Source: Candidatus Latescibacterota bacterium (GTDB lineage Bacteria > Latescibacterota > UBA2968 > GCA-2709665). Taken from it: a stretch of DNA of 64,000 nucleotides. This document shows positions 51,289 to 61,424 of this stretch, in pieces. The stretch is taken from the NCBI GenBank assembly GCA_965237675.1, contig OZ250150.1, forward strand, positions 4,448,001 to 4,512,000. The letters are read 5' to 3'. Numbering within the stretch: position 1 is the stretch's first letter; every line of letters starts with the position of its first letter. Position numbers and translations under genes: made by a program. The notes under the pieces are model-generated. The model saw only the letters and a list, made by a program, of their open reading frames with translations. It searched no databases and was not told where the DNA came from.

Positions 51289-52299
51289 TCACACGTCCCC
51301 GAGGTCGATTCTTTGTACGATCTTCTTCGCTAAATTCCTGAAATCGCGGCGGGCGTCGTTTGCAGCGGCGGCATGGCTGCCAATTGCTCCGTCGGCCGTG
51401 GTGAGGTGAAAAATGGGCTTCCGCGCTTCCTGAGCCATGGGCACCAGGCTCCGGTAGTGCTTGACGGTGGCGAGGGCGTGTTCTTCATCCTGTGCAGGTG
51501 TCGCGGGGTAAGGTCCTTCGTTGTCGTCGCGCAGGTTGCGGGCATACTCTTCCGGCATTCGATTAACCCACTTGTCGTACGCCTTTACGGGACGGCTCAG
51601 GCGTACGCCGTGCTGCTGCACCACGTACCCGACGGGTCGCATCTCCCCGTCAGGCAGTTGAAATTCCGGCTGCATCCAGTTGTCCCTTCGCTGCTTCCAG
51701 TCTTGCCGCCACCGATTCAACGTAGGACCGAGGTTGCGCAAGCCCTGGAGTGAAAACAAGTCGGCGCCCAGGGGAACGATAATTCGGTCGGTTGCAATCA
51801 TTGCGGAGCGATTAATCGCACCAAGATTGGGGCCAACGTCTGCAAGAATGACCGAGGCGTTCATTTGCATTGCACCACGCTGCATGACGGTAGAGAAAGC
51901 AGTCAGAATACGAAAAGGGCGGTAGAGTTCGCCGGAACCCAATGCGTTGGGCCATTCTGCGGACAGCGTGTCTTCAAATCCGGCCAGGGCCAGGTCTCCC
52001 GGTATCAGGTTCAGCGCAGGCACAATTTCCGCAAGCGATGGGTTTTTGATGTCTCCGACCATTGTCAGAGGCCGGACGCACTGCAGGATGGTCCGCCCGG
52101 AGGCATCGTTGTCTTCGTCCCACAGCTTTTCCAACTGCTCTTCATTCAGAAATGCAGCAGTGAGGTTCGCCTGCGGGTCCAGATCGCAGGCCAACACCCG
52201 ATAGCCGATGTCGGACAACATCCACGCCAGATGATAGACAAGGGAAGTTTTGCCGACACCGCCCTTGTTGTTGAAGAAAGTCAAAACGGGAACGGTCAC
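51289..52299 (-). CDS. Orphan ParA/MinD-family ATPase
   Basis: FNNKGGVGKTS, DLDPQANLT, DVGPNLGAINR; no parB nearby. Confidence 0.88.
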   Translation of the reverse strand: MTVPVLTFFNNKGGVGKTSLVYHLAWMLSDIGYRVLACDLDPQANLTAAFLNEEQLEKLWDEDNDASGRTILQCVRPLTMVGDIKNPSLAEIVPALNLIPGDLALAGFEDTLSAEWPNALGSGELYRPFRILTAFSTVMQRGAMQMNASVILADVGPNLGAINRSAMIATDRIIVPLGADLFSLQGLRNLGPTLNRWRQDWKQRRDNWMQPEFQLPDGEMRPVGYVVQQHGVRLSRPVKAYDKWVNRMPEEYARNLRDDNEGPYPATPAQDEEHALATVKHYRSLVPMAQEARKPIFHLTTADGAIGSHAAAANDARRDFRNLAKKIVQRIDLGDV

Positions 52300-53525
52300 T
52301 ATTCTGCTCCCCCCAGGTTTTGCCTGGCCTTTACCGTTACCGACACGAAACTGTCCGAAATATCGAATTCAGGTTCCGGATGTCCCGCGGCCGCCAACTG
52401 CCGTTTGGCTATTGGTATTCCTACGCCAAAACGCTGGACATATCCCAGTATTTTCATGGATTCCGCCAAGTTGGGGTTGCGGTAATCGACCAATCCCGGT
52501 TCCCCAAAATTCTCGATTGTCACCGCCCCAAATGCGCCGCCGGGGCTCAAAACCTCAATCCGGTCATTGAACCAATAGACATGAACGGGCGCATTGGTTG
52601 CCTCGTAAGCCCTGTGCATCACTGCGTTACGGGTGATCTGGTTTAACGCTTCCACGGGGTACAGCTCGGTTCGTTGTTCAATGTAGCTCGTTGTGATATC
52701 CACAGCGATTCGATTATGGGCCGTCAGTTTTTCTTCGAGACGGTGAAGAAGATCGGGAATGGCACCGCGTATCTCTTTGACATCGATTATCTCATCTGCG
52801 TATTCGTTGCCATTGATTCTGAGGAATTGCACATAAGCGCCTGGCAGGAAATCCTGCGGGTTCTTCCCAATGGCGAGGATCCCCAACACAGTCGCCGTAG
52901 GCTGGTCGGCGGCGACAATTATTTTTGTCGCAGCGAGTTGCTCATACAAGCTGCGATCGTTTGCTGCCAGTACCTCATCCGGAAACGCTGCGGTTAAGTA
53001 TTCGTTCTCAAATTGGGTCAGATTAAGGTCGGATAAGCCAGCTGTCGGGATTGGCTGGAGATCGAAAGGGCGATCCCCGTATCGCCGCTTCTCGTTGAGA
53101 ATCCTTTCATCCTGTGCCGTAGCCGTCCCACGGCGGGTGCCCGTTCGGATGTGGATAGCCCCTTTGTATCGAACCGGCGGCGAATTGGAGGGCTGCACTG
53201 TAATCAGCGCCAATTCCTTTCCCTTCAGCCTGCACTTCTCCACCGTCATCGAGGGCGGAGGCACAATGTTGCCGTCGGTTTTCATATCAGCCAACACCTG
53301 GAGCACCCGATCCGTTACACGGAAATCGTAAATCGTCCTGTCGTCTTTCACGCCCACGAAAACAAGGCTCGGACGTTCGTAGCCGGGCAAGTCATTGGCA
53401 AAAGCGCAAATGGCCTCCCTGATCCTGGTTGTAGCGTCCCCAGACAAAGTCTCCTTGAACTCGACGCGATCAGATTCGCCGGCCGCGATGATACGTACGA
53501 GATCCGCTTCGGTAAGACTTGCCAT
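52299..53525 (-). CDS. Schlafen/AlbA_2 domain plus HATPase_c-like (RecG C-terminal-like) protein
   Basis: ESDRVEFKE, ICAFAN, VGVKDD; NAVMHR.Y, RIEV.SPGG, YRNP.LA...GYVQRFGVG; alternative TTG start at 53543. Confidence 0.85.
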   Translation of the reverse strand: MASLTEADLVRIIAAGESDRVEFKETLSGDATTRIREAICAFANDLPGYERPSLVFVGVKDDRTIYDFRVTDRVLQVLADMKTDGNIVPPPSMTVEKCRLKGKELALITVQPSNSPPVRYKGAIHIRTGTRRGTATAQDERILNEKRRYGDRPFDLQPIPTAGLSDLNLTQFENEYLTAAFPDEVLAANDRSLYEQLAATKIIVAADQPTATVLGILAIGKNPQDFLPGAYVQFLRINGNEYADEIIDVKEIRGAIPDLLHRLEEKLTAHNRIAVDITTSYIEQRTELYPVEALNQITRNAVMHRAYEATNAPVHVYWFNDRIEVLSPGGAFGAVTIENFGEPGLVDYRNPNLAESMKILGYVQRFGVGIPIAKRQLAAAGHPEPEFDISDSFVSVTVKARQNLGGAE

Positions 53526-53555
53526 TGTGATTGTCCCGTCCAAATTATCACGTTG

Positions 53556-56500
53556 TCAGCTTACACGTTCAAAGATAACAAGCCAGGTTACCAACTCAAA
53601 ATCGCTGTTGCCAAGGTTCGCGGATTGAACTGGAAGCCTGGCATCCCGTCTACCCTGAATACCCAGTTGCCGAATTTGCGTCGACTTATTCGCTCTGCAA
53701 ACATGGGCAATCATCGCGTTCAGCAATTTATCGAAACGCGCCATGTCGCGGCCATTTTGGGTCTCACGGTCAAACTGATCACACAATCCTTGAATGGGCT
53801 CGGTCTCTCCTATGGCCACCGACTCAAACAACTCGAGCACCTGTCGCGCGTTTGCGCAACCGTACCGAATTTCTCCGGTGTTGCGGATGTACGCTAGGTA
53901 ATATGGATGAATCGGACTCGCCATTTTTTCCCGTCTGTCTTGTGACACGTCACGTCGCCGAAGGAAAAATACTACTCCTGGCGCTGCGGGATTGGCTCCA
54001 CCGTGGGTTACTGCATACGCACCATTGGGCGTTGCTTCCAATTCCGCCTTATTTTTTTCGAGATAGCGCAATAACTGAGCGAAGAAATAATCCAGCGTAA
54101 AATCACTTATTACGACGCCATCCGTGACTTCGTCCAGATCGAGGACTTCCTCGCGAAGTTGCTGAAGTTGCCTATCGCGAAAATTCAGTTCTCTCTGGAC
54201 CCCGCCATATGTTTCTTCGTCCAAGGGATCATCGGTCCCGCTTGCGGCCGCGTCCGCGAGTGCCATGCGAGCCTGCACACGGCTTTGCAGGCGCAGGTAG
54301 ACTTCCATATCGTCTGTAGGCCAGTAATTGATCATCCTCACTGCCTTGCTGCGGCTTCCGATTCTGTCGATTCGCCCGAAGCGCTGAATTATTCGTATTG
54401 GATTCCAGTGGATATCGTAGTTCAGGACGGTATCGCAATCCTGTAGGTTCTGACCCTCCGAGATGCAGTCGGTCGCAATCAGCAAGTCAATTTCCCCGTT
54501 GGCGGTGCCAGTACGCCCACGCGCGCGGGGCGAGAAGTTGGTGAGAATGGCGTTGAAGTTGTTGGCGCCGAACTTCGTATACGTCACGTCGCCGGCGACC
54601 AGAGCCATATTCAGCCCCAATCCTTCCACCAAGTTCCCAAAGTTTTCGTAGAGGTATACCGCTGTATCTTTGAAGGTCGTGAATATCAGAATTTTGCGAC
54701 AGACCTTGCCGTCCTTGTCGGTCGTTGGACTCTTCGCCCTGCTTCGAATGTGTTCCTTGATTTTTCTCAGCTTTCCGTCCCGCTCCGGTGAGATCCCCCT
54801 GACTTTCTGCCATGCCGAAGCAAGTGTTTCCCTATCTTTTAGTAGATCATCCCTCCAGCGTGGCAAGTCGAGTTCCCGGAGGTGAAAGGGATTGCGTGCT
54901 CGGTTGACTAGGAATTCCTCATCATCTTCGTCATCATCCGGAAGGATACCGGCTTGAGTTGGCACCGCGGGCCGGGTTTCCAAGTAACTGTCGATTTTTT
55001 CCACCAATTCGTCAATCTTCCCAACAGTCCGACCCAGCGTTTCGGAGAGTGAATGGGCGGAACTTTCCAGGCGCTTGAGAAAATTTGTCCGAATCATGCC
55101 GATGAGAAAGCGCTCACGGTCCTCCTGGTTGAATCTCAGAGTCCGTTTTTCATCCGCCAATCGTCGTTTTGCCTCTTCACTTGTAACGTATCTGGAAGGC
55201 CTGTAGACAGAAAGGGCGAATGATTCTATTTGTTCAACTAGACTGTGATAGGAGAGTCTGCCTGTCAGGTCGGTCCGCGGATGATGGTTCTCGGGTCTCA
55301 ACTGTTTCGGAAACTCGCCGATTCGATCCATTTCGTCAGCGTAAAATGCCTTGATCTGGCGTCGGGACCGGGCAATCGAAATTCCGCCTAGCAATCCGAA
55401 AAAATCTGCGCCTAGTTGTTCCAATAGCTTCGATTTGTCCTTCTTGCCGGTCAGCGCAGTCGTGTTCTCCCACGACCTAAATTCCCTTTGGGCTTGTTTC
55501 AGCAGCACATCAATATTGCCGATCCCCAAACTCTCGCGAAAAACATCCTGGCGTCCTTCAGTCATCAAGTAAATTTGATTGCGAAGGTCTATTAGTGACG
55601 TGTTAACGGGCGTCGCCGAGAGCATTAGCACCTTTGTCTGTGTACCCTCCTTTATCACCTCGTCCAGCAAACGGGAATAGCGACTGTGTCGGATATTGCC
55701 GTCTTCATCTCTACGGGACGTTGAGTCATTCCTGAAATTATGGGACTCGTCTATGACCACCATATCAAAATTGCGCCAACTGAAGTTTGCTAGATCGATT
55801 TGTCCTGATCTTCCGCCATTTCGGGTCAGATCTGTATGCGAGAGCAACGTGTATCCGAAGCGGTCATCGTCGAAGGGATTGTTCTCATGTGCGTTATAGG
55901 CCGGATACAAAGCCCAATTATCGTGCAGCTTTTTAGGGCACAATACCAGCACACGCTCATTTCTCAACTCGAAATATTTGATAACAGCAAGCGCTGTATA
56001 TGTCTTACCCAAACCCACGCTATCAGCCAAAATGCAACCGTTGTGTCTAAGCAGGCGTGTAATGACGCTCTTTACGCCGTCCTTCTGGAAGTTGTACAAC
56101 GTATTCCAGATGGCAGTATCATACAGGTGCGTGTCTTCAAACCTACGGTCTCTTGCTTCCCTTGCATCTATTTCGTCCTGGAACAGCTGATAGAGCGTCT
56201 TGTAATACACAATTTCCGGTGCATGGTCCTTGCCGATCCTGTTGAGAGCGGCGAGGACCTCCTTTTTTACATTTCGGGTGAGTTCCTTGTTTGTCCAGAG
56301 TTCGTCAAACCAGGCACGCAATTCGGCACGAATAGCCGAATCGGCGGTTGAGAGATTGATTTCGACGTTTGCCCCCTGGTCGCAGCCAAGTCCCCTTTTG
56401 GTAAAGTTGGAACTCCCGACCACCGCCGCTCCCCCACTGAACGATTCGGTGAGATGCATTTTCCCGTGAAGAAAATTGGACTTGCCGATGGAGCGAACGC

Positions 56501-56840
56501 TCACACCCCTTCTCCGCACCCATTCCTCGCACCTCCGCGCCAGGTGTTTTTGCTGCAGAACGTGATGTGGCGAGAGTCCGTCTTCCGTCAGGTCGAAGGA
56601 TTTCGGCTCTTTCTCACCCGGGTCCAATTCGCCCACGGACGCAGGATTGCCAAAAAGAAAGCGGACGTTCTTTACGCCCCACAATTCGGACTCCAAAGCC
56701 TCGTATCCGTAAATCGTGAAATACGCCGAAACGAGGCGGTACACGTCGGCATCGGATAGGTGCCTTCGCAGAAAATCGGCAACGCTGCGGTGCCGATTGT
56801 CCAGGATATGCTCGTACGTGGAGAATTCAGTTGTTTTCAT
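53556..56840 (-). CDS. PLD-nuclease/SNF2-family helicase fusion
   Basis: LHGK...GSSNFT (PLD), ADSVGLGKT, DESH, SATP, SEGQNLQ, QRFGRIDRIG. Confidence 0.9.
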   Translation of the reverse strand: MKTTEFSTYEHILDNRHRSVADFLRRHLSDADVYRLVSAYFTIYGYEALESELWGVKNVRFLFGNPASVGELDPGEKEPKSFDLTEDGLSPHHVLQQKHLARRCEEWVRRRGVSVRSIGKSNFLHGKMHLTESFSGGAAVVGSSNFTKRGLGCDQGANVEINLSTADSAIRAELRAWFDELWTNKELTRNVKKEVLAALNRIGKDHAPEIVYYKTLYQLFQDEIDAREARDRRFEDTHLYDTAIWNTLYNFQKDGVKSVITRLLRHNGCILADSVGLGKTYTALAVIKYFELRNERVLVLCPKKLHDNWALYPAYNAHENNPFDDDRFGYTLLSHTDLTRNGGRSGQIDLANFSWRNFDMVVIDESHNFRNDSTSRRDEDGNIRHSRYSRLLDEVIKEGTQTKVLMLSATPVNTSLIDLRNQIYLMTEGRQDVFRESLGIGNIDVLLKQAQREFRSWENTTALTGKKDKSKLLEQLGADFFGLLGGISIARSRRQIKAFYADEMDRIGEFPKQLRPENHHPRTDLTGRLSYHSLVEQIESFALSVYRPSRYVTSEEAKRRLADEKRTLRFNQEDRERFLIGMIRTNFLKRLESSAHSLSETLGRTVGKIDELVEKIDSYLETRPAVPTQAGILPDDDEDDEEFLVNRARNPFHLRELDLPRWRDDLLKDRETLASAWQKVRGISPERDGKLRKIKEHIRSRAKSPTTDKDGKVCRKILIFTTFKDTAVYLYENFGNLVEGLGLNMALVAGDVTYTKFGANNFNAILTNFSPRARGRTGTANGEIDLLIATDCISEGQNLQDCDTVLNYDIHWNPIRIIQRFGRIDRIGSRSKAVRMINYWPTDDMEVYLRLQSRVQARMALADAAASGTDDPLDEETYGGVQRELNFRDRQLQQLREEVLDLDEVTDGVVISDFTLDYFFAQLLRYLEKNKAELEATPNGAYAVTHGGANPAAPGVVFFLRRRDVSQDRREKMASPIHPYYLAYIRNTGEIRYGCANARQVLELFESVAIGETEPIQGLCDQFDRETQNGRDMARFDKLLNAMIAHVCRANKSTQIRQLGIQGRRDARLPVQSANLGNSDFELVTWLVIFERVS

Positions 56841-56944
56841 ACCGGTTGTCTACCTGCCAGGATATGTGTTCGCACGTCATACGCCGGGCGTATATTACGG
56901 CACTCATTGACCACAAACTGCATGTTTACCGGAAAGGACGCGCC

Positions 56945-57322
56945 ATGAAAAAACGACCGTTCACCAGTTCCAGGGGGAACATCCCCAAATTCCCTTACTC
57001 ACAGGCCATCATATACGGCGACCTCATTTTCATCTCAGCACAACCGCCCGTGGATCCGGAAACGGGAAACCCGGAATCCGGAGACGTTAAGGCCCAGACC
57101 CGCTGTATCCTCACCAACGTATCCGGCATTCTCGAAGACGCGGGTACCACACTGGAGAACGTCCTCAAAGTCACCGTCTTTCTCAAAGACCGATCGCTAT
57201 TTGCAGACTTCAACGACGCCTATGCGAAATTCTTCAAAGAAAACCCGCCGGCGCGTTCACCGGTGTTTACCGACACGGGCGACCATCTTGTGACCATGGA
57301 TTTTGTCGCCGGAATGGACTGA
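56945..57322 (+). CDS. RidA/YjgF family protein
   Basis: PYSQA, VLKVTVFL, FN..Y..FF...PPARS. Confidence 0.9.
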   Translation: MKKRPFTSSRGNIPKFPYSQAIIYGDLIFISAQPPVDPETGNPESGDVKAQTRCILTNVSGILEDAGTTLENVLKVTVFLKDRSLFADFNDAYAKFFKENPPARSPVFTDTGDHLVTMDFVAGMD

Positions 57323-57349
57323 GCTTCGGAAAGGCGCCGGGCTCAGGGG

Positions 57350-58369
57350 TCATTCATCATCATCCTGTTTCCCATGCCTTTTTACAGCCAGGCGTGCGCC
57401 CAGCCGCAGGGTGCTGAGCATATTGGCCTCATCCGCCACACCCTTGCCGGCGATATCGAACGCCGTACCGTGGTCCACGGACACCCGGACGATGGGCAGG
57501 CCCAGCGTCACATTCACGGCATCGTGGAACGCCACCAGCTTGACGGGTGCGTGGCCCTGGTCGTGATACATCGCCACCACACCGTCGAAAACGCCATTGT
57601 ATGCCTTGAGAAAAACCGTATCCGCGGGCAACGGCCCGGCAACCCGCATTCCCTCGGCATTCGCCGTCTGTATTGCGGGGTGGATCAATTCCATGTCTTC
57701 TCTCCCCAGGATTCCCGCCTCTCCGGCATGCGGATTCAGCCCGCATACGGCAATGCGGGGATGGGGCCGTTCCATGTCCGTCAGCGCGCCGTGCAGCAGT
57801 CTGATTGTGCCGAGAACGCCCGCTTCCGTCAACCGCTCCGGGACCTTGGCCAGCGCCACGTGTCCCGTGACATGAGCCACGTTCAAGCGTTCGGACGCCA
57901 GCATCAACCGGACATCCGAAACGCCAAGACGCTCCGCCAGCAGTTCCGTATGACCGGCATACCGGAACCCGGCCCGGTTCATCGCTTCCTTATTCAGCGG
58001 CGCCGTCACAATGGCATGGATCCGGCCCTCGGTCGCCAGGTCCGCTGCTCGAACCACCCATTCCACGGCCGCCCGACCTGCCTCAGGGCAGATCCGCCCG
58101 GTCTCAACCTGCGCGTGATCCACTTCAACCGGCGCCCAGACATCAATTTGACCGGGCCGGTATTGGCCCAGTTCCGGCCCGTCCACCCTTCGAACGTCGA
58201 TCCGACACCTCGAATGCACAAGGTTTGCAGCGAGGATATCCATGTCGCCGACGACGAGCGGCCGGCAGAAGGCATAGACCTCGGGGTGGCTCAACGCCTT
58301 TACAATCACCTCCGGCCCGATGCCGGAGACATCTCCCATTGTGATCCCCAGCAATGGACGCGGTGTCAT
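57350..58369 (-). CDS. pdxA: 4-hydroxythreonine-4-phosphate dehydrogenase (PdxA or PdxA2)
   Basis: TMGD..GIGPE, GHTE, LNPHAGE, MYHDQG, VDHGTAFDIAG. Confidence 0.92.
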   Translation of the reverse strand: MTPRPLLGITMGDVSGIGPEVIVKALSHPEVYAFCRPLVVGDMDILAANLVHSRCRIDVRRVDGPELGQYRPGQIDVWAPVEVDHAQVETGRICPEAGRAAVEWVVRAADLATEGRIHAIVTAPLNKEAMNRAGFRYAGHTELLAERLGVSDVRLMLASERLNVAHVTGHVALAKVPERLTEAGVLGTIRLLHGALTDMERPHPRIAVCGLNPHAGEAGILGREDMELIHPAIQTANAEGMRVAGPLPADTVFLKAYNGVFDGVVAMYHDQGHAPVKLVAFHDAVNVTLGLPIVRVSVDHGTAFDIAGKGVADEANMLSTLRLGARLAVKRHGKQDDDE

Positions 58370-58400
58370 CGTATCACCCTCATTCAAACCGCAGCGGCAC

Positions 58401-59264
58401 TTAACCTTTTTCAGGTCCGGACGTTGCATACACCTGCCCTGGACGGCCGCTGTAGGGTTCCCTGCCGAGGTACATCCGTGTAAATCCGCGCTGCATCGAA
58501 AACCCGAATTCTTCGGCCAGCGCCGTCCCGTCCGGATTTACCAGCGGAACGTCAAAGAAAACCGGTTCGCCCGCCAGCCGGTCCAGCGCCCAGCAGAACA
58601 GCGCCCTGCCCGCACGCTCGTGGGCCGCCACCAGAGGTCCGATCTGAAAAGCGCCGCTTCCGGGTCTGACCATCACGTAACCCTCGATCGCGCTGCCCTC
58701 CTGCGGGAAGACACCGGACAAGCCCCCTGAATCCCGGTACAGAAACCTCAAAAGATCCCCACGGCAAACGCCATAGCAGGGCGTATCGAAGGCAATCACG
58801 TCTGCCAGATCCGTGTCGCGCATCGCCCGCACCGACGTCCACCGGCACGCCTGCCCGACCCCTTCTCTCCGCTGCAACCCGTACTCATCCCGGAATCCGA
58901 GCGGCACGTAGACCTGGCGGCCCATCGGCGTTGCGTCCAACTTGATCGTATCCACTCGACTGGCCTGCAGGTGGGCAATCCCGTGCCTCAACATCGCCGT
59001 GCCGATTCCCTGACGCCGTCGCGTCGGCGGTACCAGCACCATCGCGACCCAGCCGCAGACCCCGCCGAACGTTACGGTCACCACCGTACCCACGGGTTCG
59101 TTTCCTATGTCGGCGACAAAACAGCCGTCGGGCGAGAGCGCCAGGAAGCGCTGCCAGTCCGGTTCGACCTGATTCCAGCCGGCCAGTGTCTTGAACCGCA
59201 TCCCTGTTGCGACATCCGGCGGCGTCATCGGCCGTATGTGAAGGCTTTCCTCGATATCGGACAC
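58401..59264 (-). CDS. Tandem GNAT N-acetyltransferase
   Basis: GWNQ...DW, RRQGIG, LDAT.MG..VY..LGF, IGPLVA, GPEKG; start uncertain. Confidence 0.85.
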   Translation of the reverse strand: MSDIEESLHIRPMTPPDVATGMRFKTLAGWNQVEPDWQRFLALSPDGCFVADIGNEPVGTVVTVTFGGVCGWVAMVLVPPTRRRQGIGTAMLRHGIAHLQASRVDTIKLDATPMGRQVYVPLGFRDEYGLQRREGVGQACRWTSVRAMRDTDLADVIAFDTPCYGVCRGDLLRFLYRDSGGLSGVFPQEGSAIEGYVMVRPGSGAFQIGPLVAAHERAGRALFCWALDRLAGEPVFFDVPLVNPDGTALAEEFGFSMQRGFTRMYLGREPYSGRPGQVYATSGPEKG

Positions 59265-59480
59265 CCCCCCTCCGACGGGCCGCACCCACGCCGGTCCAAT
59301 GGTGGCAAACGGCAACGAAAGTGAGAAAGTCCGGCCATTCACCCGTTGACACGGCAGCCCATACACATCATATTATCGCCACTTTTGGCCCTGCGCGCAA
59401 CAGCCAAACGCCGTTTCATGAGGTCTATCGCCCCATCCACCCATCCTCACAACCTCGCGCAGAAGCCCGGATCCGATTCC

Positions 59481-61400
59481 ATGCCACAGACTGTCAGCCG
59501 CCGGTCCATCCTCATCGGCCTTGCGCTTACCGTTATCATCTGCCTCTTCGCGACAGACACCACCTACCGCCTGCGCGCCTCCCGCGTCTCCCTGGGCCAC
59601 CTGCCCATGTCCCTCTGGCTGCCGTTCCTGCTCCTCTTTATCTCCAACCGGGTCCTGCAACACGTACGTCCGCGCTGGTCCCTGAGCGCCCAGGAACTCG
59701 GTCTCGTCCTCTGCATGGGATTCATTGGCGGCGCATTTCCGACGAAAAACATCGCTGGCCGCCTGGTTGCCGTCCTCGCCACGCCCTATTACAAGGCGAC
59801 GCCCGAAAACCGATGGGGTGAGTACGTCACCGAACACCTGCGGTCCTGGTCCGTCCCCGGCAACCACACCGACGCCATCACCCACCTGTGGGAAGGGCTG
59901 CCCAGAGGCCAGTCCGTTCCCTGGGAGGCCTGGCTGGTGCCCCTGTTCTGGTGGTTCACACTGCTCTTCGCGCTCTTTTTTGCCTGCCTCAGCATCGCCG
60001 TGATCCTCCGCAAACAGTGGGTGGAACACGAACGAATCGTCTTTCCCCTGGCCCGGCTGCCACTGATGATGATCTCGGAAACCCGGACGGGCGCCATCCC
60101 GCTCTTCAACAACCGGCGTTTCTGGGCCGGATTCGGGATCGGCATTTTCGTTCTCGCGTGGAACGTACTCCCCCGCTTCTCTCACCGCGTCCCCTACATT
60201 CCTCTCGGACCCACGTATTCGAGCGCCCTCTCCTTCGGCCACGACTTCCCGCCGCTGCAGATCAAATTCAACTTCGTGGTTGCCGCGTTCGGTTATCTCA
60301 CGAACCTGGAGGTGTTGCTATCCGTATGGCTCTTTCATCTGCTATCGCTCTTTGAGATCGGCCTGACCAACCGTCTCGGCATCACCGTCAGCAGCGAATA
60401 CCACGGCGGCGTTCTTCTGCAACAGGCGGGCGGCTTTGTGGCGCTCGTTCTCCTGGGTCTCTATATGGCCCGGTCCCATATTGCCAACGTCGTCCGCAGC
60501 GCCTGGAGGCCGCGTCCGGAACTCGACGATGCGGACGAACTGCTGTCCTATCGCGCCGCCGTAATCGGTCTGATCGTGTCCCTGGTCTATGCCGCGGCGT
60601 GGATGCACGCATTGGGCATCTCCATCCTCGCGGTCACGGTCCAGCTTGGCCTGTTGCTCATCTTCTTTCTGGGCCTGTCCAAGATCGTCGCCGAAACCGG
60701 CCTGGTCTACATCGAAACGCCACAGCGTACCCAGATGCTGACCGCCGCGATACTGAGCACGAAGATACAGACCGCCGATCACGTGGGTTTGGCCCTTGCA
60801 GCCAATGCCGTAGAGAGCCACCGGCAATACATCCTGCCCTCGCTGGTACACGTCGCTCGCATCCACCACAGCTTTCGCTGGAATCGCTTCCGTATGACCG
60901 CGGCACTCTGTGCGGCCTTCGTGGTCGGCTTCGTCGCCTCTATCGCTTACACCCTCAACCTCTGTTACAGCGCGACCGGCGCGGCCAACATCCGACACGT
61001 CTACGTCTTCGGCGGATATGGCCTCCGAATGTTCGACCGCGTTGTCACATGGGCCGGCGCCGCGCCCACATTCACCGGAACGGAACTCGCCTTTCTGGCC
61101 GCCGGCGCCGCGGCCACGTTTCTACTGGGAATGCTCCGGCTGCGTTTTCCGTGGTGGCCGCTGCACCCTATCGGCTTCACGGTCGGTTATGCGTTCCCTG
61201 TAAGGGTCACCGCCTTCACCGTCTTTCTCGTGTGGGCCTTCAAATCCCTTGTGCTTCGGTTCGGCGGCATTGCGCTCTACCGTAGTTTCCAGCCCTTTTT
61301 TATGGGCCTGCTCATCGGCTATACCCTCGGCGTGGGAATCTCGACGCTCACCGATGCGATCTGGTTCCCGGGCGACGGAAAAATGGTGCACACCTGGTGA
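59481..61400 (+). CDS. DUF6785/DUF6784-like polytopic membrane protein (putative transporter)
   Basis: Many TM segments; RKQWVEHERIVFPL, VAETG, WWPLHPIG, PFFMGL. Confidence 0.7.
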   Translation: MPQTVSRRSILIGLALTVIICLFATDTTYRLRASRVSLGHLPMSLWLPFLLLFISNRVLQHVRPRWSLSAQELGLVLCMGFIGGAFPTKNIAGRLVAVLATPYYKATPENRWGEYVTEHLRSWSVPGNHTDAITHLWEGLPRGQSVPWEAWLVPLFWWFTLLFALFFACLSIAVILRKQWVEHERIVFPLARLPLMMISETRTGAIPLFNNRRFWAGFGIGIFVLAWNVLPRFSHRVPYIPLGPTYSSALSFGHDFPPLQIKFNFVVAAFGYLTNLEVLLSVWLFHLLSLFEIGLTNRLGITVSSEYHGGVLLQQAGGFVALVLLGLYMARSHIANVVRSAWRPRPELDDADELLSYRAAVIGLIVSLVYAAAWMHALGISILAVTVQLGLLLIFFLGLSKIVAETGLVYIETPQRTQMLTAAILSTKIQTADHVGLALAANAVESHRQYILPSLVHVARIHHSFRWNRFRMTAALCAAFVVGFVASIAYTLNLCYSATGAANIRHVYVFGGYGLRMFDRVVTWAGAAPTFTGTELAFLAAGAAATFLLGMLRLRFPWWPLHPIGFTVGYAFPVRVTAFTVFLVWAFKSLVLRFGGIALYRSFQPFFMGLLIGYTLGVGISTLTDAIWFPGDGKMVHTW

Positions 61401-61424
61401 TTCGCACAGCCGGGTTCCGTCTTT

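Noticed and set aside
51289-52299. ParA as evidence of a plasmid or prophage partition system
   Set aside because: No parB, centromere-like repeats, rep or phage genes nearby
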